A DNA stretch of 64,000 nucleotides, from positions 64,001-128,000 of the IMG/VR virus record IMGVR_UViG_3300035698_026482. One strand, 5' to 3'. The stretch is from a virus. This document shows, piece after piece, positions 28,795-36,748 of the stretch (its first letter is position 1; every line of letters begins with the position of its first letter). A model generated the notes under the pieces. That model saw nothing but the letters and a program-made list of their open reading frames with translations, made no database searches and was not told the DNA's origin. The translations under genes were made by a program, and so were the position numbers.

Positions 28795-29071
28795 GTGTCA
28801 AACTTCTACTGCTAAATGCGCAAGCATAAAAAATATTGGTGTCGTAGTTTCGTCTAAATGAATGGCGCCCCATTTTATCAGGATTATGATATCGAAAGCA
28901 CCATCTAAGTGAGTCAACATTACGCGAAGTAAGTGCCTTAATTTTCTTCATGTGTCCGAAAAATCCAAGCGTATTCTGCGAAGATTCAACGTATGCATAA
29001 TCTTTTTCCCGCACCCACATAAGTGGCCATGGACGTGCGCTCGGGTGAGGCGCATTTCTTGCTTCAAACAT
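28781..29071 (-). CDS. Hypothetical protein
   Basis: 96 aa; fills the gap with short overlaps at both ends; no recognisable motif. Confidence 0.4.
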   Translation of the reverse strand: MFEARNAPHPSARPWPLMWVREKDYAYVESSQNTLGFFGHMKKIKALTSRNVDSLRWCFRYHNPDKMGRHSFRRNYDTNIFYACAFSSRSLTHDRP

Positions 29072-32000
29072 GCGAAACCTTAGCGTCCTTGCCTATGCGA
29101 GCTATATCGATTACGTTGTCAACGACGTCCTTAAGCGTATCGATATGCGTGATGATAATAATATTCTTAAACCATTGTGTAAGTGATCTTAACAATTGAC
29201 CACACGCCTCGATATTATTATCATCAAGCTCGCTAAATCCCTCATCAATCATCAACATGTCTGTCTTCGGAAGGCTTGATACGTTGATTAGTGCAACGCG
29301 AATAGCGATTGATGCAACCATCTTCTCCATACCGCTACCTAGTTCGATAATACGACGACTATCGCCGTAATTGATGTAAACATCCATCGATGTAGAATCT
29401 TCAGGTAATTCAAGCTCGATTGTGAACTTTACAATGCCATTCAAAATCGAAGCAATTTCGTTATTGATAACAGGTACCATATGACGTAACAATTGAGACG
29501 GGATTCCCTTTTTCGAAGTAGCCTTAATTAATAATTCGTATGCTCGCCAAGATTTAGCAAGTTCAAGATATTCGATGTGCTCACGTTTCAATGTTGCGGT
29601 GAGCTCTTGTAGCTGTCCCAGTTTTTGAAGCTTTAATGAGCGTTCGCCGTCAAGATCATTAATAACAGATTCAATATCGTCAATATCGTCCTTCAATATT
29701 CTCTGATCATGCGAATATGTTGCACGTTCAGCCTTCTTGAATTTTTGTTCTATATCGGCCAAGGTGCCGCGTTCACGATCTAATGAAACTGAGATGTCGT
29801 TGTTATCACGTTCAATACTGTCTTGTTGATGTTGTAGACGAGCGAGCGATAGGTTATATTGATCCTCTTTTGCAATAATACGTCGATATCGCTTAAGCCG
29901 TAAAGCAGATCCGTCCTGCATTAGCGAATCAAATACGGTCTTCTTACCGCTGAGATCATTTAGTAGTTCATCAACGAGTTGTTGTAGATCAGGCAGGTCT
30001 AGTTTATCCTGATGTGAATCCTTAATGAATTTGCAGCTAGGAAAGCTATCACCACAAGGAACCTCAGCAAGTTTAAGTGTTGATTTGCGCTTACGATCCA
30101 GTCGCTGTTTTTGTTCGGTCAGACGTTGTTCAAGTGCGAAGATCCATTCAGACAGATCCTTGCGTTTTTCTTCACGCTCAAGATGCGATTTAAGTGAAAA
30201 ATTTTGCTTAACACGCGAAACAATTTCGATTCTGTGCTCGGCTGCTTCCACACGTTTTTCCAATGCGTCTAGCTGAATTACGCTTTGCTTCATTTTGCTT
30301 TCAAGTTCTGCAATGCGCAGCTTTTGTTTGCTAATATCAGCTTCCGTTACAAGCTCACCATCCCCAAATCCAGCAAGCTTTGTGCGCTTATCTTGTAACG
30401 TATTGCGAGATGTATTAAGCTCTGCTTCAAGTTCATGTATACGCGCTGCTGTATTTTGGGTTTCGTCGATAAGGCGGGTCTTCATGCCTTCCCAGTCACG
30501 CTCGGGCATGTCTTTGATTTTCCCCTTAAGCTCAAGCGAATCAGCTTTTACTTTTTCATGCATCCAATCAAAGATATACATGTCAAGAAAACGTGACAAA
30601 ATTGCCTTACGTTGCGAGGCGCCCTCTGAAATGAATGACTTGAGACCCCCTTGAACAGCGAGTGATGTCAACATGAAATCTTCTGGTGATCCAATCGACC
30701 GACGAATTCTCTTTTCTGTTTCGCGTCTTTGTGTACCATTAAGATTCACGTTGGCGTCTGGCTGATAAAAGTCTAATGACGTCGTCGAAGTAATCTGTCC
30801 CTTGCTTGTTGTTTGTTTGTTGGAGCTTCGCTTGATCTCATGTCGACGACCGTTGACAGTAAGCAATGCCGTCGCTTCACATGAATTCTTACGAATATTG
30901 ATAACGTGCTGGTTTTTCATTGGACCGCGATCGGTCGAGTTGAAAAGCGCATACATCATTGTTCCAATAATCGATGACTTGCCCATTGCGTTGGCAGCGA
31001 AAATGCCGGTGATACCAGATAACGACGCAAAATCGATTTCGTTGTCTTCGCCGTAAGCAAACGTATTGCTAAAATTTAATTTCTCTAGCGTCCATTTCGT
31101 ATGACGTGCTACATCATCGCTTGCGGCGCACTGCGTGATATATGAAGAGACAAATCGTTCTAAATCTTTCCACGTATCATCTGATATTTCGACATCATAA
31201 AAATCCCTAAGCAACTTCATATGTGTCTTGGGATCACGAAGATCATGAGACATCTCCATAACGATATTAGAGCGAGTTGATGTATAATCATCAATCACTT
31301 CAACCTTTGGAACAACTTCCTTGGCATTTTTATTATCACGAAGCTTCTGGCTTAGCGAGCGCCAGTCTGCTTGTGCAATTGTTCCATGCGATCGCACGCG
31401 AAATCGAACGCCATCAGGATATTGCTTTGCATCATCAATAAGTGCATCTACGTCGCCAGTCCAGTCAAGCGTTACAAATCTACTCGGGTTCGGAAGCGTG
31501 ATAAAATCAACAGTAAAATCATCTTTTGACTTGATTTGCCAGAATAAAAACCCGTGGTCTGGATCTTCTGCATAGTTTTGTTGAATAGTTGATCCGCAGT
31601 ACGCCAACCAAGGACGACGTTCACCGTCAATACAATCACGATATGCAAGAAATTGCATTTTATGAATGTCGCCAAGAAGGCCAAAGTCATAGTCTTCAAA
31701 AAAGTCGACGCCTACCTCACCCTTCAGTTCAAAATCAGCTTCAGTTTTAGATCCCCAAACACCGCCATGAAAGACAGCTAGATTAATTTCGCCAGGAACA
31801 GGCTTAACATCTGCCCAACCTTCTTCATCAAAACACGAAAAGACGCACCAGTTAAAGCCTGGTACTGTCGCAGGATATGTGCCAGAGTCCTTAAACAGTG
31901 TGATATTAGGATTGTTGATTAGCTTTAGAATTGGTGAAATAGCATCCTGACGTCCCTTATTCATAAGGTTACCGTCATGATTGCCTAATGTAACAACCAC

Positions 32001-32228
32001 ATGCGCAATGTCCGCCAAGCTGTTAAACCACCATCCCAGAAGATCAACAATCTCCGGACTAATGTTTTGTGTTTTCGTATGAAAAATGTCCCCTCCGATA
32101 TAGATGACATCCGGTTGTAATTCTGTTGCCTTCTTGAAGAAGGCTTCAAAAACGCTTTTAAACTCCCCGTGTCGTGTCAATCCACGAAAGTGAACATCTG
32201 CGATATGTGCAATTTTAAATGCGGACAC
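29064..32228 (-). CDS. Fused Mre11/SbcD nuclease + Rad50/SbcC ATPase (gp47-gp46-like), 1054 aa
   Basis: Phosphoesterase HIADVH, GGDIFH, GNHD, GDIHK; Walker A ANAMGKSS; coiled coil with CGDSFPSC at the apex; signature GSGMEK; Walker B/D-loop IDEGFSELD; H-loop IITHI. Confidence 0.92.
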   Translation of the reverse strand: MSAFKIAHIADVHFRGLTRHGEFKSVFEAFFKKATELQPDVIYIGGDIFHTKTQNISPEIVDLLGWWFNSLADIAHVVVTLGNHDGNLMNKGRQDAISPILKLINNPNITLFKDSGTYPATVPGFNWCVFSCFDEEGWADVKPVPGEINLAVFHGGVWGSKTEADFELKGEVGVDFFEDYDFGLLGDIHKMQFLAYRDCIDGERRPWLAYCGSTIQQNYAEDPDHGFLFWQIKSKDDFTVDFITLPNPSRFVTLDWTGDVDALIDDAKQYPDGVRFRVRSHGTIAQADWRSLSQKLRDNKNAKEVVPKVEVIDDYTSTRSNIVMEMSHDLRDPKTHMKLLRDFYDVEISDDTWKDLERFVSSYITQCAASDDVARHTKWTLEKLNFSNTFAYGEDNEIDFASLSGITGIFAANAMGKSSIIGTMMYALFNSTDRGPMKNQHVINIRKNSCEATALLTVNGRRHEIKRSSNKQTTSKGQITSTTSLDFYQPDANVNLNGTQRRETEKRIRRSIGSPEDFMLTSLAVQGGLKSFISEGASQRKAILSRFLDMYIFDWMHEKVKADSLELKGKIKDMPERDWEGMKTRLIDETQNTAARIHELEAELNTSRNTLQDKRTKLAGFGDGELVTEADISKQKLRIAELESKMKQSVIQLDALEKRVEAAEHRIEIVSRVKQNFSLKSHLEREEKRKDLSEWIFALEQRLTEQKQRLDRKRKSTLKLAEVPCGDSFPSCKFIKDSHQDKLDLPDLQQLVDELLNDLSGKKTVFDSLMQDGSALRLKRYRRIIAKEDQYNLSLARLQHQQDSIERDNNDISVSLDRERGTLADIEQKFKKAERATYSHDQRILKDDIDDIESVINDLDGERSLKLQKLGQLQELTATLKREHIEYLELAKSWRAYELLIKATSKKGIPSQLLRHMVPVINNEIASILNGIVKFTIELELPEDSTSMDVYINYGDSRRIIELGSGMEKMVASIAIRVALINVSSLPKTDMLMIDEGFSELDDNNIEACGQLLRSLTQWFKNIIIITHIDTLKDVVDNVIDIARIGKDAKVSHV

Positions 32229-32260
32229 TAAATAATTGTATAACTGTTACGTAAGTTTGT

Positions 32261-33271
32261 TCAAATTGTGATTGCAAATGAGCCGCTATTTGCTGACACG
32301 TTTAAGTCAGCTATACGATCCATTAATGCCGATGCGGGTGTCCATCTTTTTGCCGCAGCGATGCATTGCATAATTTCTTCACGTGGCATTTCGCCCAAGT
32401 CCTTATGCTCACCTAGATCCATTACTTTAACACTAATATCGTAGCTATACAAAAGTTTGGCTATCTTCTTTGTCTTCTGTTTTTCCTCGGCATCTAATGC
32501 TAAAATAACAGGTGTGCCATTTTCAACAATGCGTCGAAATACGAGAAATCCAGAATCCATTGAGTTGCCCAACAGACATGCTGCGTTAGTCGGACAGTTC
32601 AATGCATCAAATGCGCCTTCTGTCAAAACAAGTTCTTTGTTCCAGTCGATATCGAGCTCGTTAAAAACAACTGCATGTTTCTTCGTCGGCGCATTTCTGT
32701 ATCTAGGAAATGTCCATTTTGAAATAGCGCGTGACATGAAAAAATTCAGTTGTCCTGCAGCGTCAAATGATGGAATTATTACTCTGTTGACATACAATTC
32801 ATCATTCGAAAATCCAAGCTTGAACCGCCAAATATCATCATCAGTAAAACCTCTTTCTCTAACGTATCTAATAATTGCGCGATATTCAGGTATCATCGTG
32901 TCTAAATTTTGCGCCATTAATCGAAATCCGGGTGGCAACGTGACAACCTCCGACTCTATCTGCTCCTCTTCGGATAATCTTGGGCGCTTTGATGGGAACG
33001 CCTTGGCGACTTCATCAAAGTAATTTCCTCTAAATCGCTTAATCAACCATGAAACATTGCCGCCCTTAGTACCACATACCCAACAATGATAGCGACCATC
33101 AGTTAGATGCACAGCAAGCTTAAGTTTATTTGATTGTTGTGCCGTCGAGCATTTCGGATCAGGACAATGACATGCTACATTAACACGATCTGCAGATTGA
33201 TGCAACTTTCCAAGTGCACGGCGAAGTGAATCAACCTTTGCTTGTCTACCATGCATCACATATAATGTCAC
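32261..33271 (-). CDS. DnaG-like DNA primase (Zn finger + TOPRIM)
   Basis: CHCPDPKC...HCWVCG; YVRERG..FKLGF; RVIIP; LVLTEGAFDA; LALDAE; KDLGEM. Confidence 0.85.
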   Translation of the reverse strand: MTLYVMHGRQAKVDSLRRALGKLHQSADRVNVACHCPDPKCSTAQQSNKLKLAVHLTDGRYHCWVCGTKGGNVSWLIKRFRGNYFDEVAKAFPSKRPRLSEEEQIESEVVTLPPGFRLMAQNLDTMIPEYRAIIRYVRERGFTDDDIWRFKLGFSNDELYVNRVIIPSFDAAGQLNFFMSRAISKWTFPRYRNAPTKKHAVVFNELDIDWNKELVLTEGAFDALNCPTNAACLLGNSMDSGFLVFRRIVENGTPVILALDAEEKQKTKKIAKLLYSYDISVKVMDLGEHKDLGEMPREEIMQCIAAAKRWTPASALMDRIADLNVSANSGSFAITI

Positions 33272-33301
33272 ACAGGGATCATCAAATGTATTTTAGTGCA
33301 G

Positions 33302-33892
33302 CTAGATCGTGTAATTCTTACAGTCCTTGAATCCAGCAATTGCAATAACGTAGGCATCCATCATATCAAAGCAGCAATCCTGCATGCGCCCGAACGGGTT
33401 CGCCTTCGATGGTCTTGTTATTGGCCACACGAGTGGGTGTAAATCAGGATGCTTTAGCATCATTTGATCGTATACCTGTTGTTTTACGAAACGTGTATCC
33501 TTTTTTTCTTTTTTATCTACAGCTTTACGAATCTTAATTCCACATACGCCACGCGCACCGGACGAGCTGATATAAAGTGGGTCGATTCCAAATGCATCAC
33601 GGGCCGTATATGAAGCAATCCCGTTAACCTTTGCTAACAAAGATAATGTGTGTGCAGATGAAAATCCTTTTCTAAAGCGCTGCAACGACTCTTCAACGTA
33701 AAGACCTGTGAAGTTACCGGTCGTTGCAAGCCTCTTCAATTCATTTCTGATTGCGTCAGTCGTTTCCCAAAGTGATTTTTTCTTACGCGTATCGATGTAT
33801 CCAAGGTTGACCAACGTGCCTGTATCTGCATTCAAAATGGCGAACCCAGTGATAGCAGTTGAAACGTCAAGACCTATAATCAGGTCAGTCAT
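33302..33892 (-). CDS. RuvC-like Holliday junction resolvase
   Basis: IIGLDVSTAITGFAIL, LYVEES, DMMDAYVIA. Confidence 0.8.
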   Translation of the reverse strand: MTDLIIGLDVSTAITGFAILNADTGTLVNLGYIDTRKKKSLWETTDAIRNELKRLATTGNFTGLYVEESLQRFRKGFSSAHTLSLLAKVNGIASYTARDAFGIDPLYISSSGARGVCGIKIRKAVDKKEKKDTRFVKQQVYDQMMLKHPDLHPLVWPITRPSKANPFGRMQDCCFDMMDAYVIAIAGFKDCKNYTI

Positions 33893-34112
33893 CGAAATTG
33901 TGCTCTAATATTATCTTAGGCCACTCGTCAGCTGTGTCTTGTAGAACAATACGTATATGTTCACTTGCATTGCATTGCTTCATCGCCATTTTGAAATAAC
34001 GGCGGGCTTCTGTTAACTTGTCTGTTGATTTGCCTACAGTCGTAATCGAAATGGTCTCGCCAGACTTTGTACGATCTTGATAGTAAACAATGTATTTGTG
34101 TTTCATACGCAC
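33885..34112 (-). CDS. Hypothetical protein
   Basis: 75 aa; 8-nt overlap with the RuvC start. Confidence 0.55.
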   Translation of the reverse strand: MRMKHKYIVYYQDRTKSGETISITTVGKSTDKLTEARRYFKMAMKQCNASEHIRIVLQDTADEWPKIILEHNFDD

Positions 34113-34142
34113 ACATTACATAAAATGATGCATCGCATAAAA

Positions 34143-36560
34143 TCAAAAATCGATGCCCGGGCGAAAGCTAATCTTATCACCACTTCTTTTCATAACCGGC
34201 TGCGCTAGTGTGCATTTTGCAACAACATTTAAATTCTCGTCATGGAGATTAATACCTGTAATGTATACAAAGTCTCTATCAAATTCATTTGCATCTAGGC
34301 TTGCGGAAGCTGGCACAAATGCAGGGTTTGACGATGAATTTATCATGCCAGCTGGCGCCTGGACACGTACCTTAAATGTATGAATATTGCGGACACCTTC
34401 AAATTCTAGTTCATGGGCCTCTTTGCCGAAGAATGGCAAGTTCGGACTCTTGACAACTACAAGCCCTTCATCGTATAAGATGTTACCAACAGATGTCCAC
34501 TCTGGATGTGCTGTTAACGCATCTGCGCGGTAAAGCGATCCGAATCCGTTATCCTTAAGCTTAATAGATACTCTTCCGCCCGATCCTGTAACTGCTGGGT
34601 CAGTAATTTCGAACGTGCCAGGATTAAATCTATTACCGTAAAAAATATTGCTAGCGTCAAAGATCGCAATCTCGTTAGATGAATTGTCACGTGTACGTTG
34701 GTAAACCGCTAAAACTTCGCCTGGGTCAACGCCAAGATTATCGGGCGTGGCGCCAACAACATCACCGAATAATGTCCCAGATTCGTTTGTAATCGTTGAA
34801 TACCAAGAGTTGTCTGGGATCAGTTCTGTTAAGCTAATTAGCGTTGGATCATATATTCCCAGGTCATTCGTGTACTTGTAATTCAAGCTTGAGGATGCTG
34901 GAACAAAATCAATTGTGCCTGTTGCAATCAAGCGATAATCAGGTATGAATTGTCCGTCATCACATGGGAGAATTGTCAAATTTCGCTTTCGAACAGATGC
35001 AGTCGAATACAGAAAATCATTCATTGCTTTCGTATCCGAATTCTCCGTTATTTGTGATGCTGTCAATGCCCACGCCCGAGGATAATTCGCATTTGCGAAA
35101 TCTCTTGTAAAATTTTCAAGATTCAAATAATGACCACCGACGCCAAATGATAGCGCAACATTAAATGGATCGTCTGTACGTCCATTAATTGCGAAGAATG
35201 GTGTTTGTAGAATACCACCGATGCTGTCAACTTCGGTTCGAAACGGTGACTCAGGTGTAAAGAATGGGGGCAGGTAAAAGGCTAAATCATCGAGGTCATC
35301 GACGACAGAGGTAAGTGACGCAGAATATATTTCGTGAGTTGAAAGACTTTTTTTCCAGATTTTCAACTCATGAACTTCCGCGTTTAACGGGTGCGAAAAT
35401 TCGAATTGATCTGTTTGCGGTGCATCACCTGCAATTGTTGTCAACTCGGGCAGACCTTCTCTCAATGATGGGTCTGATGTGAAGAATATGCTTGAGCTAA
35501 GCGTGTTTCCTGTGTAGTAATTTCCGACGAATAACACGTCTGGACTATTTGTCAATCCTGTAAGTAGGGATGCCGAGGGAATAACAAAATTGCCCACGTT
35601 TTCGCCGTCAACAATAAATGAGCCTGATCCGTCATTAACGGCATTTGTACCCCATTTAACTGATACATGATGCCAATGGTTTTTTGATAGCACGTTATCA
35701 TCAGACAAAAAGATGCCGCTTGCGCTATCAACAATTTGCGAAGGTTCAGTCGCTGTGCCTTCTAAAACCTGCAAGGCCAATCTAAATTGATCAACGAATC
35801 CATTTTTATCTTTGTGCGTGCCTGATAGGATTGACACTGCATACACATCAGGCAGATGAAAAAGCGTGCCTGGTCGCCATGGATCGCCTGCATTCGGTGT
35901 TGTATATCGTGGGTTTATGCGAAAGTCGAACGTGAATGGTCCCGGTGGCAAATATACATTACCAGATACACTGCCAGAGGCTGCGAGACCTGCCCCGGCG
36001 TTCTGATTCGCATACATTAATACTGTATCGGTAGGCACAGGTTCAGTACCGTCTTCATTCGATCCAGTAAAGAAATTTATCGTGTGATAATTGCTATATG
36101 CCCATTGCATTGACGGGTAAACATCGCGATAGTATGGATACAGTATTTCGCGAATTATTCGCTTTCGACCAAAATCTTTATTAAAGAAAAATGGGGTTTC
36201 GAAACGGACGATCTCAAGCGTTTGTTGTTTTCGGGCAGATCGATCTAACGAGTTTGCCCTTGTTAACAAATTTTGTAATGCGCCAAAATTGTTACCTGCA
36301 GTTACAGCGATTCTTTTCGCATCTGCATATAATCCGTCGATGTCACGACCACCTTCATTTGTGGCAGTATCAAGAAACGGTGATAGCGGGCGCGGATCTT
36401 TTTCTATAGTTGATGCCCTTGCGAATAGGGCAACATTGCCGGTAACAGCGCTATAGGTTCCAGAAACAGCATCATACCCATTCGCGGTATATTCGCGGCT
36501 AGGATTCGTTTGAACTGTAAAATGTTCAAAATGTTCCGGAAGTATTCTAATGATGGTCAT
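34143..36560 (-). CDS. Virion tail/baseplate protein with LamG-like domain and C-terminal tail-collar-like motif
   Basis: WHHVSVKW..FIVDG..LFVGN..VHELKIWKK (LamG); C-terminal ITGINLHDENLNVVAKCTLAQPVMK. Confidence 0.7.
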   Translation of the reverse strand: MTIIRILPEHFEHFTVQTNPSREYTANGYDAVSGTYSAVTGNVALFARASTIEKDPRPLSPFLDTATNEGGRDIDGLYADAKRIAVTAGNNFGALQNLLTRANSLDRSARKQQTLEIVRFETPFFFNKDFGRKRIIREILYPYYRDVYPSMQWAYSNYHTINFFTGSNEDGTEPVPTDTVLMYANQNAGAGLAASGSVSGNVYLPPGPFTFDFRINPRYTTPNAGDPWRPGTLFHLPDVYAVSILSGTHKDKNGFVDQFRLALQVLEGTATEPSQIVDSASGIFLSDDNVLSKNHWHHVSVKWGTNAVNDGSGSFIVDGENVGNFVIPSASLLTGLTNSPDVLFVGNYYTGNTLSSSIFFTSDPSLREGLPELTTIAGDAPQTDQFEFSHPLNAEVHELKIWKKSLSTHEIYSASLTSVVDDLDDLAFYLPPFFTPESPFRTEVDSIGGILQTPFFAINGRTDDPFNVALSFGVGGHYLNLENFTRDFANANYPRAWALTASQITENSDTKAMNDFLYSTASVRKRNLTILPCDDGQFIPDYRLIATGTIDFVPASSSLNYKYTNDLGIYDPTLISLTELIPDNSWYSTITNESGTLFGDVVGATPDNLGVDPGEVLAVYQRTRDNSSNEIAIFDASNIFYGNRFNPGTFEITDPAVTGSGGRVSIKLKDNGFGSLYRADALTAHPEWTSVGNILYDEGLVVVKSPNLPFFGKEAHELEFEGVRNIHTFKVRVQAPAGMINSSSNPAFVPASASLDANEFDRDFVYITGINLHDENLNVVAKCTLAQPVMKRSGDKISFRPGIDF

Positions 36561-36720
36561 GTTTCACTGTCGCGATCACATTTCACACGAGCCCTCGTGA
36601 GGGTCTCTAATTTTTGCCATTGGAATATCCATCCTCTAGGTTAGAGACCCCCATGATTGCCCCTATGAAATGTGAGACTAGGGTGTGGGGCTTCATAGGA
36701 TATGTGGCTCGTTAGACGTG
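36561..36720 (-). ncRNA. Candidate structured RNA or long 5' leader with alternative pairings
   Basis: Inverted repeats: 36601-36610/36641-36650 (10 bp), 36662-36669/36692-36699 (8 bp), 36576-36585/36666-36675 (10 bp), 36587-36593/36706-36712 (7 bp). It is the largest ORF-free gap in the tail block. Confidence 0.5.
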
Positions 36721-36721
36721 T

Positions 36722-36729
36722 ATAACTAT
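36722..36729 (-). promoter_or_regulatory. Candidate late-promoter motif ATAGTTAT
   Basis: Immediately 5' of the structured region that precedes 34143..36560. Confidence 0.45.
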
Positions 36730-36748
36730 TCCCGCGATTGAATTGCGA

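Noticed and set aside
36561-36748. Structured region as a group I/II intron, tRNA or CRISPR array
   Set aside because: Flanking genes are complete; I see no intron core motifs, no cloverleaf and no regularly spaced direct repeats.
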